Notes under the pieces: model-generated
What the model was told of the DNA's origin: nothing
The model's database searches: none
What the model saw: only the letters and a program-made list of their open reading frames with translations
Shown here: positions 28,311 through 37,462 of the stretch, one piece after another
Position numbering within the stretch: the stretch's first letter is position 1
How the letters are laid out: the number at the start of each line of letters is the position of its first letter
Translations under genes and position numbers: made by a program
NCBI GenBank assembly: GCA_035358955.1
Contig: DAORXN010000003.1
Location: forward strand, 104,884 to 168,883
Reading direction: 5' to 3'
Length of the DNA stretch: 64,000 nt
From: Syntrophales bacterium
Lineage (GTDB): Bacteria; Desulfobacterota; Syntrophia; Syntrophales; UBA8958

Positions 28311-28769
28311 ATGAATGTTATAATGGGTGCCGATCACGCCGGGTTCCGTCTGAAGGAAGCGGTGAAGGAGGTTCTTGCCTCTCTGGAGGTTAAAGTGACG
28401 GATGTGGGAACCATGAGCGAAGAGCCGTGTGATTATCCGGACTTTGCGGTGGAGGTGGCGAAGCGCATCTCCCGGGGAGAATTCAACCGTGGCATCCTGG
28501 TGTGCGGCTCGGGTGCCGGGATGGTGATCGTAGCCAACCGGTTTCCACAGGTGAGGGCCGTTAACTGTTTGACCGAGGAAATGGCGCGGCTGGCACGCCT
28601 GCACAATGATGCAAACGTGCTGGTCTTGGCAGGCCGGCTTTTGGATATTAAACGGGCGGAAGGGATCCTCCGCGTCTGGTGGTCGACGCCGTTTGCCGGT
28701 GATAGACATGCGCGGAGATTGGAGAAGATAACGATGATTGAGGAAAAAATATGTCAAGGGAGGTTGTGA
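28311..28769 (+). CDS. rpiB: Ribose-5-phosphate isomerase B
   Basis: RpiB/LacAB-family N-terminus (IMGADHAGF) and a CGSGAGM segment. The start is set at an internal Met or GTG near 28308-28311. Confidence 0.9.
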   Translation: MNVIMGADHAGFRLKEAVKEVLASLEVKVTDVGTMSEEPCDYPDFAVEVAKRISRGEFNRGILVCGSGAGMVIVANRFPQVRAVNCLTEEMARLARLHNDANVLVLAGRLLDIKRAEGILRVWWSTPFAGDRHARRLEKITMIEEKICQGRL

Positions 28770-28770
28770 T

Positions 28771-30012
28771 TTGTATTTAGAGCAGGTGGACCCCGAGGTT
28801 GCCCAGGCGATCAGGGCAGAAGCGAAAAGGCAGGCGGGGAAACTCGAGATGATTGCCTCAGAAAATTTTGTCAGCGAGGCGGTATTAGAGGCCCAAGGTA
28901 GTGTGATGACCAACAAGTACGCCGAGGGTTACCCCGGAAAGAGGTATTACGGCGGTTGCGAGTACATGGACGTCGTCGAGAACCTGGCCATAGAGAGATG
29001 CAAAAGGCTCTTCGGCTGCGATCATGTAAACGTTCAGCCTCATTCGGGAACGCAGGCCAATATGGGGGTGTATTTTGCCGTCCTCAAACCCGGCGATACC
29101 ATTTTGGGAATGAACCTTTCCCACGGCGGCCACCTCTCCCACGGCAGCCCGGCCAATTTTTCCGGTCGTTTATACAATGTGGTTGCCTACGGGGTAAGCC
29201 GTGAGACGGAGACCATTGACTTTAACGAAGTGGAAGAACAGGCCAAAAAATATCAGCCCAAACTCATCGTTGTGGGAGCCAGTGCCTATCCGCGTGTAAT
29301 AGATTTTATCCGGTTCAGAGAGATCGCCGATATGGTAGGGGCCATGGTGATGGCCGATATAGCCCATATCGCCGGACTGGTGGCGACCGGTCTTCACCCC
29401 TCACCGGTGCCCGTTTGTGAATTCGTTACTTCCACGACTCATAAGACCCTCCGGGGGCCTCGGGGTGGCATCATCATGTGCCGCCATGATTTCGCCAGTG
29501 TGATCAACAGCCGTGTTTTCCCCGGCATGCAGGGAGGGCCTCTCATGCACGTCATAGCCGCGAAGGCCGTCGCCTTCAAGGAGGCCCTGTCAGAGGAGTT
29601 CAAGGACTACCAAAGGCAGATTGTGAAGAATGCGAAAAAACTGGCCCAGGTTCTTATGGAAGAAGGATTCCGTTTGGTATCGGGAGGTACGGATAATCAC
29701 ATGATGCTCGTAGATCTCACGCCTCAGGGCATAACGGGGAAAGATGCGCAGGAAGCCCTGGATCGGGCGGGGATTACCGTTAATAAAAACGGCATTCCCT
29801 TCGATACGAAGGGGCCGACCGTCACGAGTGGGATTCGGATTGGCACCCCGGCCCTAACCACGCGGGGCATGAAGGAAGAGGAAATGGAGATCATAGGTCA
29901 CTTCATCTCGACCATTTTGAAAAATATAGATAACGAGACCGTAATCGAGAGGATTCGAAAAGAGGTGAGTGCCCTGTGTGCCAGGTTTCCTCTCTATCCG
30001 GAAAGGCAGTGA
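28771..30012 (+). CDS. glyA: Serine hydroxymethyltransferase
   Basis: PLP-Lys context [12 protein letters not shown]. The probable TTG start at 28771 lies 7 nt after an AAGGGAGG RBS and 2 nt after the rpiB stop. The ORF-track start at 28738 would overlap rpiB. Confidence 0.93.
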   Translation: MYLEQVDPEVAQAIRAEAKRQAGKLEMIASENFVSEAVLEAQGSVMTNKYAEGYPGKRYYGGCEYMDVVENLAIERCKRLFGCDHVNVQPHSGTQANMGVYFAVLKPGDTILGMNLSHGGHLSHGSPANFSGRLYNVVAYGVSRETETIDFNEVEEQAKKYQPKLIVVGASAYPRVIDFIRFREIADMVGAMVMADIAHIAGLVATGLHPSPVPVCEFVTSTTHKTLRGPRGGIIMCRHDFASVINSRVFPGMQGGPLMHVIAAKAVAFKEALSEEFKDYQRQIVKNAKKLAQVLMEEGFRLVSGGTDNHMMLVDLTPQGITGKDAQEALDRAGITVNKNGIPFDTKGPTVTSGIRIGTPALTTRGMKEEEMEIIGHFISTILKNIDNETVIERIRKEVSALCARFPLYPERQ

Positions 30013-30473
30013 TGCGTCCCGAACAGGAGATAAGAAAACGACCTGATTGGGATACTTATTTTATGGACATTGCCGACCTCGTTGCGACGAGGTCTACCTG
30101 CCTGAGGCGGGCGGTGGGAGCCGTCCTGGTAAGGGATAAAAGAATTCTCGCAACAGGGTACAACGGTGCCCCTTCCGGGCTCAAGCATTGTCTGGAACTC
30201 GGCTGCCTCCGAAAGGAGAAGAATGTGCCTTCCGGGGAGCGCCACGAACTTTGTCGGGGGCTTCATGCGGAGCAGAATGCCATTATCCAGGCGGCCCTGC
30301 ACGGAGTAAGCACGAAAGATGCGACTATGTACTGTACCAATCATCCGTGCAGCATATGTGCAAAGATGATTGTCAACGCGGGCATTATCTCGGTCGTCGT
30401 CAAGGAGAGTTACGCCGATAAACTGGCCGAAGACATACTTCGTGAGGCAGGAGTAGAGGTCAGGACATTATGA
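30012..30473 (+). CDS. dCMP deaminase / ComEB-family cytidine-deoxycytidylate deaminase
   Basis: 153-aa ORF with zinc motifs HAEQNA and PCSICA. It has no RibD reductase domain. Confidence 0.8.
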   Translation: MRPEQEIRKRPDWDTYFMDIADLVATRSTCLRRAVGAVLVRDKRILATGYNGAPSGLKHCLELGCLRKEKNVPSGERHELCRGLHAEQNAIIQAALHGVSTKDATMYCTNHPCSICAKMIVNAGIISVVVKESYADKLAEDILREAGVEVRTL

Positions 30474-30931
30474 AATGCCCCTTTTGCCAGTACGATGAGG
30501 ACAGGGTCATCGATTCACGCTTGAGCAAAGATGGTAGTGCCATCCGTCGCCGCCGGGAGTGTCTGGGATGTGGGAAGCGTTTTACCACCTACGAGGTGGT
30601 AGAAGACGTAATGCCCATGGTGGTGAAGAAAGATGGAAGGAGAGAGCCTTTCGATCGCATGAAGATAAAGATGGGCTTGATGAAAGCCTGTGAAAAACGC
30701 CCCATCAGCGTCGATGAAATAGAAGGGATCGTGGAAAGGGTAGAGAGGGCTTGCCAGGGCACACCGGGCAGGGAAGTTTCCACCTCCTTCATCGGGGAAC
30801 GCGTGATGGAAGAACTGCGTCATCTCGATGGGGTGGCGTACGTGCGATTTGCATCTGTTTACCGGGAATTCAGAGATGTGAGCGATTTTATGGAAGAGCT
30901 CAAGGATCTTTTGAAACGAAAGAGGGGATAA
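30470..30931 (+). CDS. nrdR: Transcriptional repressor NrdR
   Basis: 153-aa ORF with an N-terminal zinc ribbon (MKCPFCQ...CLGCGKRF) and an ATP-cone domain. Confidence 0.95.
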   Translation: MKCPFCQYDEDRVIDSRLSKDGSAIRRRRECLGCGKRFTTYEVVEDVMPMVVKKDGRREPFDRMKIKMGLMKACEKRPISVDEIEGIVERVERACQGTPGREVSTSFIGERVMEELRHLDGVAYVRFASVYREFRDVSDFMEELKDLLKRKRG

Positions 30932-30932
30932 C

Positions 30933-31571
30933 TTGTTCACAGGCATCATTCAGTTTACGGGTCAAGTAAGGAGATGGGATCGCTCGGGGCGGATCGCCCG
31001 TCTGGAGATAGAGACGGCGGGTGAGATCGGCGATGTTAAAATAGGGGATAGTATAGCGGTAAACGGCGTGTGCCTTACCGTCATAGGTATCTCGAGCTCT
31101 GTATTTCAAGTCGAGGTTTCGCAAGAGACCCTCTTGCGTTCCACCATCGGGGAGTTAAAGATGGGTGAGATGGTAAATCTCGAAAAAGCCTTGCGCCCCA
31201 TGGATTTTTTAGGCGGGCATATCGTGCTTGGTCACGTGGATGCCGTGGGCGTAATCAAGGAAAAGACGGAGAAGCCCGGCGCCCTGATAATAGGCGTGGA
31301 GGTGCCGGAAGAGATGGTAAAGTACATCGTGGAAAAGGGTTCCATAAGTGTCGATGGTATCAGCCTCACCGTAAATTATTGTCAGGGGAGGGTATTTTAT
31401 GTCAATATCATACCCCATACCGCTCGGGTGACGACCCTGGGTCGGAAGCGTCCGGGCGAGCGGGTGAACATCGAGGTGGATATCATTGGTAAATATGTGG
31501 AAAAGCTGATAGAAAGAAAAGAAAAGGGAATTGATGAAAAATTCCTCGCAGAACACGGTTTTTTGAGGTGA
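30933..31571 (+). CDS. ribE: Riboflavin synthase (alpha chain)
   Basis: 212-aa ORF beginning MFTGII, with two lumazine-binding repeats ([25 protein letters not shown]) and a TTG start. Confidence 0.9.
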   Translation: MFTGIIQFTGQVRRWDRSGRIARLEIETAGEIGDVKIGDSIAVNGVCLTVIGISSSVFQVEVSQETLLRSTIGELKMGEMVNLEKALRPMDFLGGHIVLGHVDAVGVIKEKTEKPGALIIGVEVPEEMVKYIVEKGSISVDGISLTVNYCQGRVFYVNIIPHTARVTTLGRKRPGERVNIEVDIIGKYVEKLIERKEKGIDEKFLAEHGFLR

Positions 31572-31575
31572 TCAT

Positions 31576-32772
31576 ATGCCGGTAAGTACCATTGAAGAAG
31601 CCATTGAAGATATAAGAAACGGGAAGATGGTCATTCTCGTAGATGATGAGGATCGGGAAAACGAGGGTGACTTGTGCATGGCCGCTGAATTCGTGACGCC
31701 GGAGGCCATTAATTTCATGGCCCGTTATGGCAGGGGCCTCATCTGTTTGACCTTGACGGAGGAACATGCCGACCGTTTGGGCCTTACGCCCATGGTGAGG
31801 GACAACAAGTCGAGGTTCGGGACGGCCTTCACCGTGTCCATTGAAGCCAAGAGGGGTGTTACGACCGGTATTTCGGCGGCCGATCGGGCAACCACCATCA
31901 GAACGGCCGTAGCCGACGATGCCAAGCCAGAAGATCTGGTGAGCCCCGGTCATGTGTTCCCTATCCGGGCCAGGAAGGGGGGCGTGTTGGTAAGAACGGG
32001 CCAGACGGAGGGCTCCGTGGACTTGGCGAGGCTCGCTGGGTTGAAACCGGCCGGGGTGATTTGCGAGATTATGAAGGATGACGGAACGATGGCCCGCATG
32101 CCGGATTTAGAGGTTTTTGCCCGGGAGCACGGCTTGAAGATCGTGACCATTGCCGATCTTATAAACTTTCGGCTCAAAAACGAATCCCTCATTCATCGGG
32201 TAGCGGAGGCGACTTTACCCACCAGATACGGGGGCATGTTCCGCATCATTGTTTACGAAAACGACGTGGACGATTACCAACACATCGCGTTGACGAAAGG
32301 GGAAATTCATCCGGAAGACGAGGTGCTCGTCCGGGTGCATTCTGAGTGCTGCACGGGCGACATATTCGGATCCCTCCGGTGTGACTGCGGAGACCAGTTG
32401 AAACGGGCGATGGAGATGATCGAAGAAGCCGGCAAGGGCGTCATCGTCTACATGCGGCAAGAAGGTCGGGGGATCGGCCTTGTAAATAAAATAAAGGCCT
32501 ATGCCCTGCAAGATCAGGGGAGGGATACGGTCGATGCCAATCTGGAATTGGGATTCAAGGCGGACTTAAGGGATTACGGTATCGGCGCCCAGATTCTTGC
32601 TGACCTGGGGGTGAGGAAGATGAGGCTTATGACCAACAATCCCAAGAAAATCATTGGCTTGGATGGCTACGGCCTGAAGATTGTGGAGCGAGTGCCCATC
32701 GTCATAAGTCCCACGGAAACTAATGCCCACTACCTCCAGACGAAAAAGGAGAAGTTGGGGCATTTAATCTAA
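31576..32772 (+). CDS. ribBA: Bifunctional 3,4-dihydroxy-2-butanone-4-phosphate synthase / GTP cyclohydrolase II
   Basis: 398-aa ORF with a DHBP synthase half ([11 protein letters not shown]) and a GCH II half ([21 protein letters not shown]). Confidence 0.95.
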   Translation: MPVSTIEEAIEDIRNGKMVILVDDEDRENEGDLCMAAEFVTPEAINFMARYGRGLICLTLTEEHADRLGLTPMVRDNKSRFGTAFTVSIEAKRGVTTGISAADRATTIRTAVADDAKPEDLVSPGHVFPIRARKGGVLVRTGQTEGSVDLARLAGLKPAGVICEIMKDDGTMARMPDLEVFAREHGLKIVTIADLINFRLKNESLIHRVAEATLPTRYGGMFRIIVYENDVDDYQHIALTKGEIHPEDEVLVRVHSECCTGDIFGSLRCDCGDQLKRAMEMIEEAGKGVIVYMRQEGRGIGLVNKIKAYALQDQGRDTVDANLELGFKADLRDYGIGAQILADLGVRKMRLMTNNPKKIIGLDGYGLKIVERVPIVISPTETNAHYLQTKKEKLGHLI

Positions 32773-32787
32773 AATCGAGGAGCGCAT

Positions 32788-33255
32788 ATGGCTAATGTAA
32801 TTGAAGGCAAAATCGTTGCGAAAGGCATGAAGTTTGCCGTCATTGCCAGCAGATTCAACGACTTCATAAGCGGACGGCTGGTGGAAGGGGCCTTGGATGC
32901 CCTCATCAGGGCAGGGGCCGAGGAGAAAGATATTGATGTTTACAAGGTGCCGGGGGCTTTTGAGTTGCCGCTGGCGGCAAAGAGGATCGGTCAGATGGGG
33001 AAATACGATGCCGTGATCTGCGTGGGGGCCTTGATTCGCGGGGCCACGCCTCATTTCGACTATATCAGTGCCGAAGTAACAAAAGGTATAGCTAATGTAA
33101 GCCTTGAGCTGCAGAAACCCGTTTCTTTCGGTATTCTGACGACGGATACGATCGAGCAGGCCATTGAGCGTGCCGGGACCAAGGCCGGCAATAAAGGATG
33201 GGATGCAGCGATTGCCGCCGTGGAAATGGTAGATCTCTTTAGGAAATTGAAGTAA
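32788..33255 (+). CDS. ribH: 6,7-dimethyl-8-ribityllumazine synthase
   Basis: 155-aa ORF with a lumazine synthase pattern ([17 protein letters not shown]). Confidence 0.95.
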   Translation: MANVIEGKIVAKGMKFAVIASRFNDFISGRLVEGALDALIRAGAEEKDIDVYKVPGAFELPLAAKRIGQMGKYDAVICVGALIRGATPHFDYISAEVTKGIANVSLELQKPVSFGILTTDTIEQAIERAGTKAGNKGWDAAIAAVEMVDLFRKLK

Positions 33256-33260
33256 GGAGT

Positions 33261-33713
33261 ATGCACCGAAGGCGAAAGGCCAGGGAAGCAGCCCTCCAGG
33301 TTCTTTACGGATTGGACATGACAAAAGATAGCGCGGAAGAAGCGATGGCCTTGTTCTGGGACATGGGGGCTTATGCAGAAGATAGGGAAGACACCGTTAG
33401 GTATTCACGCCAGGTGAAGCCTTTTGCCACCCATCTGGTCTTGGGTACTTGGCAGCACCGCAGGGAAATCGATCACCTGATTGCCCAATACTCGGAGCAC
33501 TGGTCTTTAGGACGCATCTCCTGTGTAGATAGATCCATCCTTAGACTGGCCATATTCGAGATGCTTTACTGCGACGACATTCCCCCCAAGGTTTCCATAA
33601 ACGAGGCCATCGATTTGGGGAAGCTATACGGGACCGAGAATTCGAGTGCCTTTATAAACGGTATCTTGGATGCCCTTTACAACCACCTCGAGAAAAGAGA
33701 TGAGAAGCGATAA
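33261..33713 (+). CDS. nusB: Transcription antitermination factor NusB
   Basis: 150-aa ORF after ribH, with a NusB pattern (REAALQVLY, INEAIDLGK). Confidence 0.9.
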   Translation: MHRRRKAREAALQVLYGLDMTKDSAEEAMALFWDMGAYAEDREDTVRYSRQVKPFATHLVLGTWQHRREIDHLIAQYSEHWSLGRISCVDRSILRLAIFEMLYCDDIPPKVSINEAIDLGKLYGTENSSAFINGILDALYNHLEKRDEKR

Positions 33714-33719
33714 AATTTC

Positions 33720-33872
33720 TTGACAATCTTGGTTGGGGTGGTAAAAGGCACCCCAAGCGGTGATTTAAGGGTAACTTGCTCCGCTTTATAAATGTGCTAA
33801 AGCACCGAAACAAAGAATTTTTGGACCCGTGCTTTGGCACGGGTTTTTATTTTATGCCAAGGAGAATAGAAA
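33720..33872 (+). promoter_or_regulatory. Structured leader / candidate riboswitch-attenuator upstream of the metK-like gene
   Basis: The leader contains TTGACA (33720-33725), a perfect 8-bp hairpin TTGGGGTG/CACCCCAA (33733-33756), and the segment AAAGCAC (33799-33805). That segment can pair either upstream or with GUGCUUU (33829-33835) in the 5' half of the terminator. Confidence 0.35.
33825..33853 (+). terminator. Intrinsic terminator 20 nt upstream of the metK-like start codon
   Basis: The 8-bp GC-rich stem ACCCGTGC/GCACGGGT has a TTTG loop and is followed by TTTTTATTTT. Confidence 0.7.
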
Positions 33873-35054
33873 ATGCAGATTTCATCGGAAAGTATCAAGG
33901 TCGGTCATCCTGACATCGTCGCGGACATGATTGCGGCCCACATCATCGCCGCCATTCTGGATGAGGAGGCCAAATTAGGTCTCTCCCTCGAAAACATGCC
34001 TCACTGCGGTTTGGAAGTATTCTTAGGGAAAGGGCTTTGCATCGTGGGGGGGGAGGTAAGGACCCGGGTGTGCGTGGATGTGGGTGATATAGTTCGGAAG
34101 ACTGTTCTGTCCATCGGTTACGACGATACCGCCAAGGGGTTAAATGGCCACTTGATGGGGGTCCTCAATGCCATCATTCCCCAATCACCGGATATTAACT
34201 TGGGGACGAGTTGCCTGCTCAATAAAAATAGGGAGATAGGTGCGGGCGACCAGGGTATTATGTACGGGTTTGCCTGTGATGAAACCCCGGAGTTGTTACC
34301 CCTTCCTTACGTCCTTGTGAACAAACTCATGCGGGCCTTTGAGGATTGCGGGGACCCCGTTTTCGCGCCCGATGGCAAGGGGCAGGTGTCGATTGAGTAC
34401 GACGAACGGACGGGGAGACCCGTGCGGCTCGTAAAGGTTTTGATGTCCAATGCTGTCGATTACCGTTTTGTCAAAGGTGCCAAGGGGAAGGTAAAGGAGA
34501 AGGCTAAAAAAATAGCCTTTTCCGCCTTGGACGAGTGGGTGGACAGAAAAACGGAATTTCTCTTCAATCCTACCGGCGAATGGCAGGCCGTGAACTCATG
34601 CAGTGCCGCCGATTCGGGTGTTACGGGGAGGAAGCTGGTAGTGCAATTCTACGGCGGCTATCCTGGTGCCCAGTTAGGAGGAGGGTCGGTGGTGAATAAA
34701 AGCCCGGAGAAAGTGGATTGTTCCGCTGCCTTTGGTACGAGGTACGTGGCGAAGAATATCGTGGCTGCCGGTTTGGCCAAGAAGTGCTCCGTTCAGGTAG
34801 CTTATGCCATCGGCATCGCCCGCCCCTTTTCTATCTATGTAAATACTTTCGGGACAGGCGTAATCCCCGACAAAAAGCTCTCGCAGGTGGTGGCTCAGGT
34901 ATTCGACCTGACTCCCGCGGGTATGATTACCCGTTTCGATCTTTTGCAGGGGGATATCTATCGTCGCATCCCTCGGACCCTGTTCCTCGACGACTATCCC
35001 TGGGAAAAAACGGACATGGCAGACGTGCTGGAAAAAGAGGTCAAGCGCCTTTAG
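33873..35054 (+). CDS. metK: S-adenosylmethionine synthetase-like protein (divergent MetK paralog)
   Basis: 393-aa ORF with MetK signatures GHPD, QSPDIN, GAGDQG, TGRK and RYVAKNIVAAGLA. Other invariant segments are altered; see the findings. Confidence 0.75.
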   Translation: MQISSESIKVGHPDIVADMIAAHIIAAILDEEAKLGLSLENMPHCGLEVFLGKGLCIVGGEVRTRVCVDVGDIVRKTVLSIGYDDTAKGLNGHLMGVLNAIIPQSPDINLGTSCLLNKNREIGAGDQGIMYGFACDETPELLPLPYVLVNKLMRAFEDCGDPVFAPDGKGQVSIEYDERTGRPVRLVKVLMSNAVDYRFVKGAKGKVKEKAKKIAFSALDEWVDRKTEFLFNPTGEWQAVNSCSAADSGVTGRKLVVQFYGGYPGAQLGGGSVVNKSPEKVDCSAAFGTRYVAKNIVAAGLAKKCSVQVAYAIGIARPFSIYVNTFGTGVIPDKKLSQVVAQVFDLTPAGMITRFDLLQGDIYRRIPRTLFLDDYPWEKTDMADVLEKEVKRL

Positions 35055-35376
35055 AACTAAATACGCTTGTCTTTTAAGAAGATAGGGGCCGTAGGCTTCT
35101 TCTGACCACGTCGTGTGGGTTGTAATGCATGTTGACCGCGGGTAAGGGTGCGCCTTTTAACTATTTGATAATGCGTTTATATTTTTTGCAAAAATTAAAC
35201 GCGCCGAAAAATGCCTTGACATGAAAATGACGTTTTGCTTAAAGGGTATTAGATAGCTATTCTGGAGGCAGGAGGGGCCTCAGGGGAATGATTTTATGGG
35301 TTAGTTTTTCCCCTAAACCCATAGGGGGGGGAATTGAAAAAGCGCCGTCATATTGCTTCGACTTTGCGAAAACTAA

Positions 35377-35413
35377 GGGATCGCACGTAAAGTGCCATCC
35401 CTTTTTTATTTTT
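35377..35413 (+). terminator. Intrinsic terminator inside the 485-bp metK-like/livH intergenic region
   Basis: The stem GGGATCGCAC/GTGCCATCCC pairs 9 of 10 positions with a GTAAA loop, and is followed by TTTTTTATTTTT. Confidence 0.7.
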
Positions 35414-35539
35414 CGAGAAAGGAGGTGAATTTTTCCATCTCAATGCCACGCACTTGCGGGGCATCAAAGGTTCAAAAATCAATTCCATAATTGTTCCCAT
35501 AAAATAATCGAAGGGGGGCAAGGAAAGAGGGTTACAGCT

Positions 35540-36424
35540 ATGGAGATGTTAGTTACCTATGTACAGCAGGTTTTAATCTATGGTTTTGTTCTCGGGGCGA
35601 TTTATCTTCTCATCTCCCTGGGATTTTCTCTCATCTGCGGTGTTCTCAGGATCTTCCATCTGGGATACGCCTACATCTTTCCCGTTACCGTTTATTGTAC
35701 GTGGATGTTCATGAAAGAGTTCGGCTGGGGGCTCGTTTCGTCCATGTTAGGGATGGTGGTAATCCAGTTTGTTTTAGCCTGGATTATATATATCGGGATC
35801 ATAAAGCGTTACATCGAACGGGAAGAAATACAGCTGACCGGGCTTTTGCTGGTGGCCCTGATAGTGGAGCAGGTGGCCAATTACTTTTATCCCATTCAGG
35901 AAGCCGTTTACCTCTCCACTACCTTAAAGGAGGGAACCGTAACCATCGGCTCGGTCGTAATCCCCTGGCAGCTCCTCTTGGGGGGGATTATCTCTCTTGT
36001 CATGACCGGCCTCTTTATCCTCTTTTTCCTCAAGACGAAAGAGGGCATGGCGGTAAGGGCTATTTCTCAGAACATATACACCTCCGAGATCGTGGGCATA
36101 AACGTGGAAGTACTTTACGTATTCATCATGATGGTCGTGCTTCTACCCGTCATTATCGGGATGTTGCTGGTGGCGCCCATATGGAACGTGGAACCCGGGA
36201 TGGGATGGTTGTACCAGACGACGGCCATTTTGGTTGCTGTTCTCGGGGGGTTGGGAAATATAAAGGGAACGATTCTGGCAAGTTTCCTCATCGGGCTAAC
36301 CCATGCCGTCATGTGTAATATCTTGGGAGAGCCGAGATTCATGAACTTATCGGCGCTGGTTCTCGTCATGATAATCTTAGTGATCAGGCCTCAAGGACTG
36401 GCAAGGAGTGAGAGCATATGGTAG
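35540..36424 (+). CDS. livH: Liv/Bra-type ABC transporter permease (LivH family)
   Basis: 294-aa polytopic ORF, first of four ABC genes. The substrate is unknown. Confidence 0.85.
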   Translation: MEMLVTYVQQVLIYGFVLGAIYLLISLGFSLICGVLRIFHLGYAYIFPVTVYCTWMFMKEFGWGLVSSMLGMVVIQFVLAWIIYIGIIKRYIEREEIQLTGLLLVALIVEQVANYFYPIQEAVYLSTTLKEGTVTIGSVVIPWQLLLGGIISLVMTGLFILFFLKTKEGMAVRAISQNIYTSEIVGINVEVLYVFIMMVVLLPVIIGMLLVAPIWNVEPGMGWLYQTTAILVAVLGGLGNIKGTILASFLIGLTHAVMCNILGEPRFMNLSALVLVMIILVIRPQGLARSESIW

Positions 36425-37458
36425 ACATCGAACTCAAAAGAGAAAGAATCGTCATCCGTTACAAGGATAAGAAGTGGGATTGGATATTAGAGCCGCGTTA
36501 CTGGCGTAACGCCATACTCTGGACGCTGGTTCTCCTCATTTTCCCCGCCGTTTGCTATTTCGTGAGCCCCGGCTTGATCAACACCATGATCAATGCCAAC
36601 ATATATTCCGCGATTGCCATCCCTCTGGGGCTCATGACCATCGGCACGGGCCGGATGAATTTCGGTCCCAACTTCTATATTGGTGTGGGTGGGTATACGG
36701 CGGCCCTCTTGAGTATCGCTTACGGCTGGGGGCCTCTTATGACCCTACCTTTTGCGATTTTTACGTCCATCGTTTCGGCCCTCGTTTTCAGCCCCCTCGT
36801 GATCATTGCCCGGGGTCTTTACTACGTGCTCCTCACGTTGCTCCTCCCTCTCGTGTTCCTGGAGGTGACCTTCATTTATTCCGACACCTTTAAGGGGGAT
36901 ACGGGTCTCTTCGGTATCGTTCCCCTCGTCGATACGGGAAATGCGAAGATTAACTTCCTCATCGTCGCCTACCTTTCTCTCACCATTATGCTCGTCTACC
37001 TCCTGGCGATAAACAAGATCCTAAAGTCCCGTTACGGTCTCATCATGGCCACCATTAACGACGACGAAGATGTGGCCCACGGGATAGGCGTAAATATAAA
37101 CAAGGTGAAAATCATTTCCTTTGTTGCCGCCTCGGGCATGATAGGTATCATGGGGTGGTTTTACGCCCATTATTTCAGCTCCTTTGCGGGCATTACGTAT
37201 CTTCCCCTTACCTTCATGTTGAAGATCCTCCTCGTCATGATGATCGGGGGACGCGCCCAGATCTTCGGCTGTGTTGTGGGCGGGTATTTCGTGGCCTTTT
37301 TGGAGACCTTCCTCATCCGCTACTTAGGCCCCACCCAGCCCATCATCTTCCCCGTGATTCTTATGATTTTCCTCTTCACTTTACCGGAGGGATTGTTCGG
37401 TATCTGGCGCAAGCGACGGTATCGTGAATATCTCCCCACCCTGCACGTTCGGAGGTAA
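36418..37458 (+). CDS. livM: Liv/Bra-type ABC transporter permease (LivM family)
   Basis: 346-aa polytopic ORF that overlaps livH by 7 nt. Confidence 0.85.
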   Translation: MVDIELKRERIVIRYKDKKWDWILEPRYWRNAILWTLVLLIFPAVCYFVSPGLINTMINANIYSAIAIPLGLMTIGTGRMNFGPNFYIGVGGYTAALLSIAYGWGPLMTLPFAIFTSIVSALVFSPLVIIARGLYYVLLTLLLPLVFLEVTFIYSDTFKGDTGLFGIVPLVDTGNAKINFLIVAYLSLTIMLVYLLAINKILKSRYGLIMATINDDEDVAHGIGVNINKVKIISFVAASGMIGIMGWFYAHYFSSFAGITYLPLTFMLKILLVMMIGGRAQIFGCVVGGYFVAFLETFLIRYLGPTQPIIFPVILMIFLFTLPEGLFGIWRKRRYREYLPTLHVRR

Positions 37459-37462
37459 GGAC

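Noticed and set aside
35288-35428. A 46-codon ORF (MILWVSFSPKPIGGGIEKAPSYCF...) in the metK-like/livH intergenic region, considered as a leader peptide or small protein.
   Set aside because: It reads straight through the strong hairpin, the G8 run and the intrinsic terminator stem and T tract. It has no convincingly spaced RBS and an implausible composition. The RNA-structure interpretation is more parsimonious.
35055-35539. The long intergenic region, considered as host of a known housekeeping RNA (6S, RNase P, SRP or tmRNA) or a known riboswitch (T-box, guanidine or ZTP).
   Set aside because: I found none of the conserved core sequences I can recall for these RNAs, for example the RNase P GAGGAAAGUCC element, the SRP GGAA tetraloop helix, the tmRNA tRNA-like end or the T-box AGGGUGGUACCGCG. 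The 5' and 3' parts are not complementary as 6S would require. This is only an eye-level check.
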